Source: a virus
IMG/VR virus record: IMGVR_UViG_3300037137_001341
Coordinates: 52,238-116,237 of that record
DNA: 64,000 nt
Strand: one strand, 5' to 3'
The position numbers and the translations under genes are program-made. This document shows, one piece after another, positions 1-9,437 of this stretch (within the stretch, counting starts at the first letter, position 1; each line of letters starts with the position of its first letter). The notes under the pieces were generated by a model. That model saw only the letters and a list, made by a program, of their open reading frames with translations. It made no database searches and had not been told where the DNA came from.

Positions 1-430
1 GGTCGCCGATGACGGCGAACTGCGTCCCGAGATCCTCGAAGAACACATCCCCGGACTTCACGAGCAGGAAGTCCTTGCCGGTCCCAGGGAAGCCCCTGGG
101 CGTGCGCCTGTAGATGGCCACGACGGTGCCCACGAACTCCCGGGATGTGCCGCCAGCTGGGTCCCCCGGCTCGGGGCCGCTCGGCGCGATCCGCAGGACG
201 GTCTTGCCGGTGAACTTCTCGGTGATCGAGCCGGGGCCAGTGGGGGCGTTCTCGATGATGTCGAGGGTCGACGGAGCGGTGTCTGTCAGCGTGGTAGCTA
301 CGGCCGTGTCCCACAGAACCTTCGGGGTTGCACCATCGAGGGTGATGATGGCGAAGTGTGGCGGCTGCAGCTGGATCGCAGATGGCCCGGCCGGAGCGAC
401 GTGGAGAGCGACGATGTCACCGTTTGCCAT
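1..430 (-). CDS. Hypothetical beta-rich protein, runs off the window edge; paralog of 434-862
   Basis: Read by hand (not in ORF track): MANGDIVALHVAPAGPSAIQLQPPHFAII...EFVGTVVAIYRR...FFEDLGTQFAVIGD; shares GDxV, QPP, (F/Y)(V/I)GxVVx(I/V)Y pattern with the next gene. Confidence 0.75.
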   Translation of the reverse strand, partial: MANGDIVALHVAPAGPSAIQLQPPHFAIITLDGATPKVLWDTAVATTLTDTAPSTLDIIENAPTGPGSITEKFTGKTVLRIAPSGPEPGDPAGGTSREFVGTVVAIYRRTPRGFPGTGKDFLLVKSGDVFFEDLGTQFAVIGD

Positions 431-433
431 GGC

Positions 434-862
434 TCAGCGATCCTCCAAGGGATGGACGCTTGGGAACGGTAGTTCGTAGTACATCCCGTTCGAGAGCGAA
501 CGAATCAGCACCTTGGTGCTGCCTGGGGCGTTCACGTCGTACACGTCCACGACGCGACCGATGTACGCATCCGAGTAGGGAACGAGCGGCTTCGTCGCCG
601 TCGCAGGTACTGCGATCCCAACGACCACCTTGTCGAGAAAGACGGCCAGCTGGATCGGCGACGCCGTGTCCGTGATCTTGTCCAGGGCAGCGTCCGGGAC
701 GCCCGTCAACGCTTCCTGGCCAGAGAACGTCACGTCGTTCACTCCGGGCGCAGCCGCCGTGACGACGCCGACCAGCGGGGGCTGCGGCTGCAGCGTGCCT
801 GGCGCGAGCGAGCCGACGGTCGACAGCTTCACACGGACTCGATCTCCGGCCACGAACGCCAT
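434..862 (-). CDS. Hypothetical beta-rich protein (tandem paralog)
   Basis: MAFVAGDRVRVK...YIGRVVDVYD...HPLEDR; ATG 7 nt after a -10 box. Confidence 0.75.
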   Translation of the reverse strand: MAFVAGDRVRVKLSTVGSLAPGTLQPQPPLVGVVTAAAPGVNDVTFSGQEALTGVPDAALDKITDTASPIQLAVFLDKVVVGIAVPATATKPLVPYSDAYIGRVVDVYDVNAPGSTKVLIRSLSNGMYYELPFPSVHPLEDR

Positions 863-869
863 GACCCCG

Positions 870-898
870 AGGCTACCGGCTGCCACCACCCGGGTCAA
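870..898 (-). promoter_or_regulatory. Sigma70-type promoter, leaderless
   Basis: TTGACC-17nt-TAGCCT, 7 nt before ATG at 862. Confidence 0.6.
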
Positions 899-1526
899 GT
901 GAGAGCGGATCGCCTGTGTAGTAGCGGGTTTCGTCGTCGTACATCATGGCCGCCGTCAGCTGGGGGATGTCCCGGTGCTCCCCCGCCATCGCCTCCAGGA
1001 CCAGAGCCCGCACGACGTTCGCCGCCTGCGCGCCGCGAGCACGTGACCGGCGCATCAGCGCCCGCCTGGCCCCGAGCGTGATGACCGTGTGCTCGTTCAC
1101 GGAGGAGCCCTTCACGTACGTCGGCAGAGGCTTCCCTTTCCAGAACCAGCGACGCGCCGATGCCGGCTCGTGCGACCCCATCAGGTAGTCGTGGATCAAG
1201 CTCCGCAGGAACGTCGGCGGGTGCGCGCTGCGAAGCTCGCACTCCGCCATCCACGCCGCATGGATCTGCGGCGGCATCCACATCTGGTACTGGTAGAGTC
1301 TCTCGATCCCCTCCTGGGTGCCGCCCGCGTTCGAGCGCGCTGGTGAGAGCCCGCGGTCGTGCAGCGCAAGGCGCGCCTGTGCCCGGACCTCCAGAAGCAG
1401 ATCCGTGTCGACGCCCAATCGCTTCGCGATGGCGTCAACACGGTCATCGGAGATGCGGACCGTCGCGTACTTCGTGCCCAGCAGCCGGGCCGCCAGCCAC
1501 TCGCGGAAGCTCTGCGGAGGCCCCAC
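873..1526 (-). CDS. Hypothetical protein, possibly tandem ribbon-helix-helix DNA-binding
   Basis: Two strand-helix-helix like segments (QYQMWMP...FLRSLIHDYL; HTVITL...VVRALVLEAM); coupled to the upstream gene. Confidence 0.5.
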   Translation of the reverse strand: MGPPQSFREWLAARLLGTKYATVRISDDRVDAIAKRLGVDTDLLLEVRAQARLALHDRGLSPARSNAGGTQEGIERLYQYQMWMPPQIHAAWMAECELRSAHPPTFLRSLIHDYLMGSHEPASARRWFWKGKPLPTYVKGSSVNEHTVITLGARRALMRRSRARGAQAANVVRALVLEAMAGEHRDIPQLTAAMMYDDETRYYTGDPLSLDPGGGSR

Positions 1527-1864
1527 TACTGAGTGACGATGCGCGACTGGTGGATGTGCGTGCAGTAGAGAACGTCACGTGGGCTCACCGCCACGAGCGC
1601 GAAGTCCTTTCCGCTGCCCGTCAGCATCTCCACCACGAGCATGATCCCGCCTGCGCCATCTGGCTCGACGTGAAGCACGCCGCTCAGGACAGGCACGGCA
1701 ATCGCGCCGCCCTCCTTGTTCATCGCCGGGATATGAGCATACGTGCAGCCGATGTAGGGCTCCCGCAGCTGCAGCATCGCCGGCTTCTCGTTGAAGGCGA
1801 AGTAGCCACTCGGGCGCTCGCCGGTGACCTGTGTCTCTTGTTCCTGCGCGTTTTCTTCAGCCAT
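1526..1864 (-). CDS. Hypothetical protein
   Basis: MAEENAQEQE...; overlapping start/stop with neighbours. Confidence 0.7.
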   Translation of the reverse strand: MAEENAQEQETQVTGERPSGYFAFNEKPAMLQLREPYIGCTYAHIPAMNKEGGAIAVPVLSGVLHVEPDGAGGIMLVVEMLTGSGKDFALVAVSPRDVLYCTHIHQSRIVTQ

Positions 1865-2972
1865 GATGCTTCTCCGCCTCCTGTAGCATGCGCCGGATAG
1901 CCGGCACGTTCTTGTTCTCCCACGACCACTCGGTGCGCAGGGCTTCAGCGTTCTGCTCGGCATGTGCCGCCACGGACGCCCAGTGCGAGTACATGACCCC
2001 GAGCGCCTCCGTGATGGCCTCCACGCTCACCGCCGGCGCCATCGAGCCCGGGAAGTCGTTCATCGAGGCGAGCGGCCCGTGCTCCACGATGACGGCCCCC
2101 GGCGGGTGGTTGCCCAGGAACTCCGCGTGACCGGTGCAGGCTGTCGCGATGACTGGGACGCCGCAGGCGAGCGCCTCCAGGGGAACCATGCCGAAGCCCT
2201 CGCCACGGGACGGCTGGCAGACCGCGTGCATCGCGCTGTACATGCCTGCGACGCCGTACTGCCCGTTCCCCAGTCCCGGCTGCGACTCCACGTCGCCGGT
2301 ACCGAGTCCCAGGTCGGCGCACCACCACCGCACCTTGGACATATGCAGCGGGTTCATCACCACGACGAGCTTCGCCAGCGGCGGCAGGGCCCCAGACCGC
2401 TTGGCGATCTGCCAGGCACGCAGGAGCATCTGCGTGCTCTTCCGCTCCGTCTCGCTGCTGGTCATGTGCAGCACCAGGAACCGCTCCAGCCGGAACTCAT
2501 GCTTCACGGCGTCGCGGAACTTGGGCATCAGCATGTGCACGGCAGGAGTGACTCCGTGCGGCGCAACAACCACGGGCATCGCGTCCGGCACATGCCGCCG
2601 GAGCACCGAGGCAGCCCAGGCGCTCGGAGCCAGGAGGCCGCCCGTGAGCATCCCCCGCGGCAGCACGCCTGACGGCTTCAGGAACGACTCCATCATCCCC
2701 TTCGGGAGTCCCTCGCTGTTCGGGGCGAGCAGGAGCCAGTGCGACTTATGCTCGCCCATGCGGTGCGCGTGCATGAGCCCCATCGGGGGGCCGAGGTTCA
2801 GCGACACCGGCGCGTTCGCCCCGGCTATCGCGTCTTCGCTCTCGAAGTCCATGGGCCATGTCCCTGCGTGCTCGCCAGCAGCCACGAGGGCACGCTCCAT
2901 GCCGCGTGTCACCTGCACGAACGAGTGCTCACCGACGGTGTGGCCGTAGAGGCGGACGCGCGACTCAGCCAA
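1857..2972 (-). CDS. Glycosyltransferase, GT-B / GT4 family
   Basis: PSRGEGFGMVPLEALACGVPVIAT motif, APSAW, PHGV, ERK; probable TTG start. Confidence 0.9.
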   Translation of the reverse strand: MAESRVRLYGHTVGEHSFVQVTRGMERALVAAGEHAGTWPMDFESEDAIAGANAPVSLNLGPPMGLMHAHRMGEHKSHWLLLAPNSEGLPKGMMESFLKPSGVLPRGMLTGGLLAPSAWAASVLRRHVPDAMPVVVAPHGVTPAVHMLMPKFRDAVKHEFRLERFLVLHMTSSETERKSTQMLLRAWQIAKRSGALPPLAKLVVVMNPLHMSKVRWWCADLGLGTGDVESQPGLGNGQYGVAGMYSAMHAVCQPSRGEGFGMVPLEALACGVPVIATACTGHAEFLGNHPPGAVIVEHGPLASMNDFPGSMAPAVSVEAITEALGVMYSHWASVAAHAEQNAEALRTEWSWENKNVPAIRRMLQEAEKHHG

Positions 2973-3174
2973 CGGAGAACCCCGTGGCCTTCGTGTGCAG
3001 CCAGCCGATGAAGCTCCATAGGGACATGCTCGTCTGGTCGAGGCCGGGAGCATGCAGCGCACTCCACCGGATCAGCTTCTTCTTGACCGGCTCCGGCATG
3101 AGTCGCTTGGCCTCGACGCGCTTCATCGCATCGACGAAGGCGTCGCTGAACACAGGTCCGGTCGGGTCAGCCAT
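2965..3174 (-). CDS. Small hypothetical protein
   Basis: MADPTGPVFSD..., GAGG RBS, coupled. Confidence 0.55.
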   Translation of the reverse strand: MADPTGPVFSDAFVDAMKRVEAKRLMPEPVKKKLIRWSALHAPGLDQTSMSLWSFIGWLHTKATGFSVG

Positions 3175-3364
3175 GTCGTCCTCTGTCTCCGGCGATGTGC
3201 TTCGCCAGTTCCGCCACCGCATCGATCAGGTAGTTCAACGCTTCCTCTGGGCCATCACCGTCGATGTCCATGCAGGACCTAGCGCGGTTGAGCGACTTGA
3301 AGATATCCACCATGTCCTCCGGCGGGATCCAGTCGCGGCTGTCGGGTTGCTTGTCGCGGCTCAC
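3167..3364 (-). CDS. Small hypothetical protein
   Basis: 65 aa, coupled on both sides. Confidence 0.55.
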   Translation of the reverse strand: MSRDKQPDSRDWIPPEDMVDIFKSLNRARSCMDIDGDGPEEALNYLIDAVAELAKHIAGDRGRHG

Positions 3365-3627
3365 TTGAGCATCGTTCCCTTCGCAATGGTCGCCGAGCGG
3401 CGCTGGTACTGCGTCGTCTCCTCGAAGCGTCGCAGTATCGCGAATTGGATGCCGTGCTGCGCGATCTGCGTTGGGGTGATTACTCGCGCCCGAACAAGCG
3501 CGGCCCCGATCGCATCCAGCTGCTGACGGTAGCTGTCGGCTAGAGCGCGCCAGTTGTATTGGGTCTCACCGTTCGGCCCCCTGGTGATCTTCTGTGCCTT
3601 CTTCTTCTTTTTCTTCTTCGTGGCCAT
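3361..3627 (-). CDS. Small basic protein (poly-Lys N-terminus)
   Basis: MATKKKKKKKAQK...; GGAGG upstream; only the 3' part of the tracked 490-aa ORF. Confidence 0.65.
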   Translation of the reverse strand: MATKKKKKKKAQKITRGPNGETQYNWRALADSYRQQLDAIGAALVRARVITPTQIAQHGIQFAILRRFEETTQYQRRSATIAKGTMLK

Positions 3628-4994
3628 CACCCGAACCCTCCTGCCTCGACCAGCTTCTTGTACGCATCCGGGAACCGCGTCGCGATCCGCGCCGCCATCA
3701 TGTTCCCCACGGGCCCGAGCCCGTACTTGGCGTAGAAGTCCGCAGGATGCACGCGCCGCTTCGGCGGCTGCGCCCTGCGGAGCGCGGCCCGTATCAAGAG
3801 CAGCGGGCTCTCCGCCCAGAGCGCGTCCTTCTCCCAGCCGTAGCCTGGATGCACAGGCTCGAAGGACACGTTTGGCGTGTCGGTCTGGCAGATCGAAACG
3901 TCGTCCGCTCCGGCGAACCCCGCCGGGCCGCTCCAGCCCGTGTAGACCATACGGTTGCCGGCGCAGCGAGCATCGAACGCCGGGAGATCCCAGCCCTCGG
4001 CATGTGAGCACGAGACGTAGATGTTGTTGTCCCGATGCAGATGCGCGATCTTCTCCTCCGGGAGCTTCTTCGAGAGCACACGTACGCGCTTGCTGAAGTT
4101 CCCCGGCGTCCAGCCCTTCGCCCGCACCGCCCCCTTGGCAAGCAGCTGCCTGATCGACTCCTCCACCGTGGGGTAGCCCTCCCACTCGCCCCACTCGTAC
4201 GTCTTGATGAACAGCGAGGCTCGCTCCTGCGGGGAGAACTCCAGGAGGAACGCCGTCAGAAGTCGGTGGTAGTTCTTCCGCGGCTCCCACTTGCCGATGG
4301 CGTAGAAGCGCCTGCCCTCCGGCACCGTCTCGGGCCCGCGAGGGGCCGACACGCGGCAGGCGAGGTTCGTGTCCGGGTCGTAGGGCGCCGGGATCGCGTA
4401 GACCTTCCTGACGCCGGCCCGACGGAATATGTCCACGGCCCACTCGCCGTGCACCCACACCTCGGCGCACCGGTTCAGCACGTTCGCGATCTCGGGGGAC
4501 ACCGTCGTGCGCTCCCACGGCGTGTAGACGATGGTGGACTCGTAGACCTTGATCTCGTCGGCGAAGCCGGACCAGCGGGCGCCGGCCGGCACGATCACCT
4601 GCTCCAAGTAGCTCGCGTTGTGGACGACCAGCTGCCGGATCGCGATGGGCACCGCTCCGAGGGATGTGTCCCGGAGGTAGCCGACAGTGGCCCGGATCTG
4701 CGGGTCTACGTCGTCCTCCATCATGTACTTCGGGCGCTGCAGCCGTCGTAGCGTCACCGGGAGCCCCGTACGCGCGAGCGCCTTCACCTGGGCACGAGCG
4801 TGTCGCGCGAGCCCATCCTCCAGGATGTCCCACCCGGCCTGGTACTCGATGCCGCAGGGCAGAAGCGCGTCGCTGCCGGGCGCTACGACGTGGCGCTCAA
4901 GCTCCGCGTCGGTGGGAGCCTGCCCCGTTCCGTCGCCGTCGAGCACGCCCGTCGGAGCGCGGAAGCCGGCCAGCTGCTCAATCAGTTCCGGCAT
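3627..4994 (-). CDS. Glycosyltransferase, GT-B / GT4 family
   Basis: YTPWE, IGKWEPRKN, SHAEGWDLPAFDARCAG motifs. Confidence 0.88.
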   Translation of the reverse strand: MPELIEQLAGFRAPTGVLDGDGTGQAPTDAELERHVVAPGSDALLPCGIEYQAGWDILEDGLARHARAQVKALARTGLPVTLRRLQRPKYMMEDDVDPQIRATVGYLRDTSLGAVPIAIRQLVVHNASYLEQVIVPAGARWSGFADEIKVYESTIVYTPWERTTVSPEIANVLNRCAEVWVHGEWAVDIFRRAGVRKVYAIPAPYDPDTNLACRVSAPRGPETVPEGRRFYAIGKWEPRKNYHRLLTAFLLEFSPQERASLFIKTYEWGEWEGYPTVEESIRQLLAKGAVRAKGWTPGNFSKRVRVLSKKLPEEKIAHLHRDNNIYVSCSHAEGWDLPAFDARCAGNRMVYTGWSGPAGFAGADDVSICQTDTPNVSFEPVHPGYGWEKDALWAESPLLLIRAALRRAQPPKRRVHPADFYAKYGLGPVGNMMAARIATRFPDAYKKLVEAGGFG

Positions 4995-5224
4995 CAGTTC
5001 GCACCCTCGGGCTTCTTCTCCAGAAGAGCCGTTACCTCATCACGCAGCATCCTCAAGTCCTCCTCCGACAGCCCGATACCGACGATCAAGCCACCGGCCA
5101 CCTTCACAGCAGTCGGGGCACCCACGAGGAGCGCAGGTCGCCCCTTCAGAATCCCCAGCGTCCACGTTCCCTTGCCACGCTTGAGCGCGGCAGATGCGCG
5201 CTTAAGGAGTTCCTCGTCGTCCAT
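4994..5224 (-). CDS. Small hypothetical protein
   Basis: 76 aa, coupled. Confidence 0.6.
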   Translation of the reverse strand: MDDEELLKRASAALKRGKGTWTLGILKGRPALLVGAPTAVKVAGGLIVGIGLSEEDLRMLRDEVTALLEKKPEGAN

Positions 5225-5230
5225 GTGCGA

Positions 5231-5512
5231 TCAGTTCAGGTTCGGGTCGCGCGCCGGCTTCTTCTTCTTGAAGCGCTGGTCCTTCGCTTCCTCGGCTATC
5301 GCCTGAGCGAATATCTCGCGCAGCATCGCTTTGGCCTTGGGGTCTTTCAGGCGCTTCCCTATCGCCGCCAGCGACGCGAACACGTGCTCCAGCGAGATCG
5401 TGACCGTGACCGTCCCCTGGGCCATCTTGCTTTTCACCCACGGAGCACGCTTGCCGATGCGGTGCGCCGTGCGCTTGCTCTTCTTCGAGACCTTCTTCCA
5501 TGTTGCCATCAC
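5231..5512 (-). CDS. Small basic hypothetical protein
   Basis: K/R-rich, GAGGAG RBS. Confidence 0.6.
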   Translation of the reverse strand: MMATWKKVSKKSKRTAHRIGKRAPWVKSKMAQGTVTVTISLEHVFASLAAIGKRLKDPKAKAMLREIFAQAIAEEAKDQRFKKKKPARDPNLN

Positions 5513-5805
5513 TCCTCCTCGATCACACCGAGCACGTCGTCCTCGGACATGAAGATTGAGTCCTCCGCGCCGCGGTTCTCGATCTCCGAGCCAGAGTACT
5601 TGCCGAAGATCACGCGGTCGCCCACCTTCAGCTTCGTCTCGATGAAGTGCCCCTGGTCCGAGAGCCGCCCGCGGCCCGCGGCGGTCACCGTGCCCTTCGT
5701 GAGCTTCTGCTTGGCGTTCTCGGGGATGATGATGCCCCCTTTGGTCACGTCCGTTGCCGGATCACGACGGACCACGATGCGGTTGCCGATGGGTCGAATC
5801 TTCAT
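5509..5805 (-). CDS. groES: Co-chaperonin GroES (Cpn10)
   Basis: MKIRPIGNRIVV, TKGGIIIPENAKQK, LKVGDRVIFGKYSGSEI, MSEDDVLGVIE; GGGAGG RBS. Confidence 0.95.
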   Translation of the reverse strand: MKIRPIGNRIVVRRDPATDVTKGGIIIPENAKQKLTKGTVTAAGRGRLSDQGHFIETKLKVGDRVIFGKYSGSEIENRGAEDSIFMSEDDVLGVIEEE

Positions 5806-6005
5806 AGCGAACCTCCCTTCCTTGATGTCTGCCCTTGCAAGCTCTGCTGCCACATGTCCGACACCCCGGTGAGCCACGACGTGGCGTCACTCTCCGTCTG
5901 GTTGTACAGCGGCGCGTAGCCGATGATCTCCCGCACCGCGTCCACCGTCTCCCGCACCGCCCGCGTCTCTTCTCGGGACCGCTTCCTGTACCGGTTGTGC
6001 CCCAT
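5802..6005 (-). CDS. Small hypothetical protein
   Basis: MGHNRYRKRSREE..., coupled to groES. Confidence 0.5.
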   Translation of the reverse strand: MGHNRYRKRSREETRAVRETVDAVREIIGYAPLYNQTESDATSWLTGVSDMWQQSLQGQTSRKGGSL

Positions 6006-6010
6006 CTCGC

Positions 6011-6607
6011 TCAGGCTTCCTCGACCTTCGAGTCCGCGATCCTGACGGCCCACGTGCAGCCGAAGTTGCTGCACCGGATGAGATCGTCCACGAAGATCGT
6101 GCCGCATATCCGCACGTAGAACGGCACCCCGTACGGGTCGACCAGCTGCACCATCTTCCCCTCCTGCTTCGTGTCCAGGAAAAACTTCCGGTGGCTCTTC
6201 CTGACCATCACCTGCGAAGACCCGTGCGGCTCACCACGCTCCAGGCACTTCGGGCACACGAGCGTGAAAAGCTCGTCTCCGTCCGGCGTCAGCACGATCT
6301 CGCCCACGCACTCCTGCCGGATGCTCTTGTCCCGGTTCAGGTAGTAGAAGACCACGCGCGGCGAGCCCGTGTCGTGCATCCGCATCGACGTGAGCTTCGC
6401 GTGCACGAACCCGTCCTTGGTCATCCCGGCGCCGTGGGCCGCAGCCGCCTGCTGCCTATCCTGGTGCGCCCTGCCAACCTCGGACATGTGCGCCTGCTTG
6501 GCGCGCTGCTTGTCGTAGGCGCCGCTGGTCGTCCCGCCTTTGACGATGATCTGCAGCGGGCTGGCGCCGATGGACGAGGCGCCACCCTTCTCATCAGGGT
6601 CGGACAT
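6011..6607 (-). CDS. Hypothetical protein with Cys motifs (possible Zn ribbon)
   Basis: CPKC ... CSNFGC. Confidence 0.65.
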   Translation of the reverse strand: MSDPDEKGGASSIGASPLQIIVKGGTTSGAYDKQRAKQAHMSEVGRAHQDRQQAAAAHGAGMTKDGFVHAKLTSMRMHDTGSPRVVFYYLNRDKSIRQECVGEIVLTPDGDELFTLVCPKCLERGEPHGSSQVMVRKSHRKFFLDTKQEGKMVQLVDPYGVPFYVRICGTIFVDDLIRCSNFGCTWAVRIADSKVEEA

Positions 6608-6610
6608 GTG

Positions 6611-6646
6611 GCTAGCATTGCTAGCTTAGCTAGCCGAACATGTCAA
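6611..6646 (-). promoter_or_regulatory. Promoter with triple GCTAGC operator-like array
   Basis: TTGACA at 6646-6641; GCTAGC at 6611, 6620, 6629 (9-bp period). Confidence 0.6.
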
Positions 6647-6951
6647 CGGCGTGCAGCGGCCATCAGGGCAGAAAGTCCGAAGATAGCCACCGAGCCGAGG
6701 ACCAGGGGCTTCCACCCGACGTCCTTGACAGCGTCCCGGACCATGAACCCGAAGAGCCCGAGCCCGCCGAGGAGGGCGAACGTGCCAGCCTCCTGGTTCT
6801 TCGGCAAGGCGTCCGTCTTGAAGAGGTCCCCATCACGGATCGCGCGGCCCGCCTCGTAGGCGATGAGCCCCCCACCGACGATGCCGGCGAACGCGAGGAC
6901 AGCCGTCTGGGTCTGTACCGTCGTCTCCGGGAGAAGCTCGTAGTCGCTCAT
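6643..6951 (-). CDS. Small membrane protein (3 hydrophobic segments)
   Basis: Three Gly/Ala/Leu-rich stretches, basic C-terminus. Confidence 0.7.
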   Translation of the reverse strand: MSDYELLPETTVQTQTAVLAFAGIVGGGLIAYEAGRAIRDGDLFKTDALPKNQEAGTFALLGGLGLFGFMVRDAVKDVGWKPLVLGSVAIFGLSALMAAARR

Positions 6952-9146
6952 GGGGAGCAGCGCACTTCGGCCCACTGGATCTCTCCCACGCACCTGAGCG
7001 CGGGGGCTCCGCCTGGGAGCACGACACTGAACGTGATCTCGTGGGCCGCCGTCGCTACCGCCGTCATCGTGACTCCGAGCGCCCCAGGATCTAGCCCACC
7101 GGACGCTACGGATGCGTCCACCACGGCGCCTCCCTCGTCATGTGCCAGGACGTCGAACCAGATCGACTGCCGTTGCGTGGATGGCGCCGCACTCTCCGCG
7201 ACGATCAGCATGACGCGGAAGGTGTACGCGAAGTGGTCCCGCGTCAGGAACGGCTTCACCGTGAAGTTGGTGAGGATCCCGACTACGCTCGGGCCGGCGG
7301 GAGTGAGCCGTCCCATAACCACGGTGCCCGACTGACAGCCGCCGTCCGCGCCGAAGCGCGGACCGCCACCGAGTACATGCCCGGACTCTTGCATCGAGTA
7401 GCCGTCCTCTCCGCCCGCATGGGAAGCGAACGCGGTCGACGTGCTGTTCTGGCCCTGCGCGTGGGAGTCGTTACCGCTTGCCGTGCACGAGATACCCTCG
7501 GCGTGCGAGTTACTGCCGCTTGCCAGTGCGCTCGCGCCCTCGGCGTGGCTCGCGATGCCCTGCGCAACGCTGTGGAATCCCTCGGCATGTGACGTAGGAC
7601 CGGACGCGACGCTCGTGTCTCCTTCGGCATGAGAGTTCAGACCACTGGCGATCGTTGTGATGCCTTCCGCGTGGGCATTATCCCCACTTGCAAGAGCGCT
7701 GTTCCCTTCGGCGTGCGAACGATCCCCCTGAGCGTTGCATGCGTCGCCTTCGGCGTGAGAAGCGAAACCGCTAGCAGATCCGCTGCTGCCCTCTACGTGC
7801 GAGTTCACGCCAAGGCTCTGTCCGGCCGATCCCTCGGCATGTGAGTTCGCTCCCTGCGCCAGTGTTCCTACACCCTCGGAGTGAGAGTTCCCTCCCGTCG
7901 CCTGCGTCGCGTTGCCCTCGGCGTGAGACACCTGACCGAGCGCTTGCGTCGAGCTTCCTTCGGAGTGCGAGAAGTCTCCTACGGCATGCGTCGAGAGCCC
8001 TTCGGCATGTGCCGAGTCACCGTTCGCCAGAGTCGCACTGCCCTCGGCGTGGGATGATGGCCCGTTCGCATGCGCCTGGAGGCCCTCGGAGTGAGACTGC
8101 AGGCCGTTGGCCTGCGTCTGCCTTCCTTCGGCATGAGCGAAGTTCGCCGTCGCCTGCGACTGGACGCCTTCAGCGTGCGATGCCTCACCGCTCGCGACCG
8201 TCGAGTGCCCCTCAGAATGTGACGAGAGCCCGGATGCCAGTGATGCCGTTCCCTCGGCATGTGACGCGACCCCAGATGCTGTCGTGAAGTTCGGGCCTTC
8301 GCCCTGCCCCTCGGCGTGGCTGTTCGTCCCGGTCGCTCTCGTAAGGTGGTTCTCCGCGTGAGATCGGGTGCCGCTCGCGAGGGTCTGCTCGCCCTCCGCG
8401 TGAGAGTGGTCCCCGCTCGCCGTACAGGACGCTCCCTCGGCGTGTGACACGTCTCCGCTGGCCGTGCTGTCGGCCCCCTCGGCGTGCGAGTGCCTGCCGG
8501 TGGCATCACAGGACACGCCCTCGGCGTGCGAGTTCTCGCCGCTGGCGATCGATAGTTGCCCTTCGGCATGTGACCGCAGACCGCTCGCCTGGGTCTGAGT
8601 TCCCTCGCAGTGGGACGCCTCGCCGCTCGCCGTCGAGTTGAGGCCCGTGGCGAAACTCGCGTGCCCGCTGGCCGTCGTCCCGTCGTTCTCGGCACATGCG
8701 TACAGACCGGTAATCGTGACGTTGTTCTTGACGCAGCCCTCCACGATCGGGCCGGCTATAAGCGTCCCGAAGATCACCAGCCCCATCACTCGTTGGCCCT
8801 TCGCCGCTCCGGCGATCTGGACATCGAGGATTGGGTCCGTGATTGTGAGCGCCTCGATCTGCTTCTGCAGATCCTCGGCAGTCGCTGCGAGCAGGATCCG
8901 CAGGTTGTCGATGTTCGCCCCGCCGACCATATTGGACCGGTCAGCGCCCTCGACCTCCAGGAAGAACATGTGCCCGTCGCCCGCGCCCGTGAGCGTGATG
9001 GATGCGACGGTCGAGTTCGGGAGAGCCTCAAACAGAGGAACTATTTTTGCGAGTATCTGCGCCCCCATGTCTTCCGCTGTTGCAGACTGAATTACCGCGC
9101 TTATCGCATTGGCGGTACCACCGAGGATTGTTCCGTATCTCGACAT
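6948..9146 (-). CDS. Putative spike/receptor-binding protein with YadA-head-like beta-roll repeats
   Basis: About 30 tandem 14-aa repeats AxGxxSHAEGxxxx between distinct N- and C-terminal domains; AAGGAG RBS. Confidence 0.8.
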   Translation of the reverse strand: MSRYGTILGGTANAISAVIQSATAEDMGAQILAKIVPLFEALPNSTVASITLTGAGDGHMFFLEVEGADRSNMVGGANIDNLRILLAATAEDLQKQIEALTITDPILDVQIAGAAKGQRVMGLVIFGTLIAGPIVEGCVKNNVTITGLYACAENDGTTASGHASFATGLNSTASGEASHCEGTQTQASGLRSHAEGQLSIASGENSHAEGVSCDATGRHSHAEGADSTASGDVSHAEGASCTASGDHSHAEGEQTLASGTRSHAENHLTRATGTNSHAEGQGEGPNFTTASGVASHAEGTASLASGLSSHSEGHSTVASGEASHAEGVQSQATANFAHAEGRQTQANGLQSHSEGLQAHANGPSSHAEGSATLANGDSAHAEGLSTHAVGDFSHSEGSSTQALGQVSHAEGNATQATGGNSHSEGVGTLAQGANSHAEGSAGQSLGVNSHVEGSSGSASGFASHAEGDACNAQGDRSHAEGNSALASGDNAHAEGITTIASGLNSHAEGDTSVASGPTSHAEGFHSVAQGIASHAEGASALASGSNSHAEGISCTASGNDSHAQGQNSTSTAFASHAGGEDGYSMQESGHVLGGGPRFGADGGCQSGTVVMGRLTPAGPSVVGILTNFTVKPFLTRDHFAYTFRVMLIVAESAAPSTQRQSIWFDVLAHDEGGAVVDASVASGGLDPGALGVTMTAVATAAHEITFSVVLPGGAPALRCVGEIQWAEVRCSP
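7400..8700 (-). repeat. 42-bp-period coding repeat (SHAEG repeats)
   Basis: Recurrent ccctcggcgtg / ccttcggcatg on the + strand. Confidence 0.85.
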
Positions 9147-9158
9147 GTTCGTTCTCCT

Positions 9159-9434
9159 TCAGTCCGCAAATAGCTTCGTTCGCTTCTGGATCTGCTTCAC
9201 GGCGATGCCCGCGATGAGCGAGACCACCACAGCCGTCGTGACCGAGATGAACAGTGGGCGACGGTACCAGACAACCTTGCCGTCGCGACACCCGTCACAT
9301 GACGGATGATCGTCTGGGCCTACGCAGACGACGCAATCGCCGTCCTTCAGATACGTGCACTCGGGGCACGTGACCAGGGCCATGCGCGTTTGCACCTGGC
9401 CGGTCGCAGTCGGGTAACCCACGTAGCCGATCAT
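9159..9434 (-). CDS. Small Cys-rich protein with C-terminal membrane anchor
   Basis: CPEC, CVVC, CDGC then TM and basic tail. Confidence 0.7.
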   Translation of the reverse strand: MIGYVGYPTATGQVQTRMALVTCPECTYLKDGDCVVCVGPDDHPSCDGCRDGKVVWYRRPLFISVTTAVVVSLIAGIAVKQIQKRTKLFAD

Positions 9435-9437
9435 GGG

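Noticed and set aside
3628-4833. 5' extensions of tracked ORFs (3361-4833, 15820-17532, 57816-59282, 23643-25172, 27796-30348)
   Set aside because: They overlap other genes in another frame; real starts are downstream with RBS or stop/start coupling
7400-8700. Regular DNA repeats that could suggest a CRISPR array
   Set aside because: Degenerate 42-bp in-frame coding repeats with no unique spacers and no cas genes
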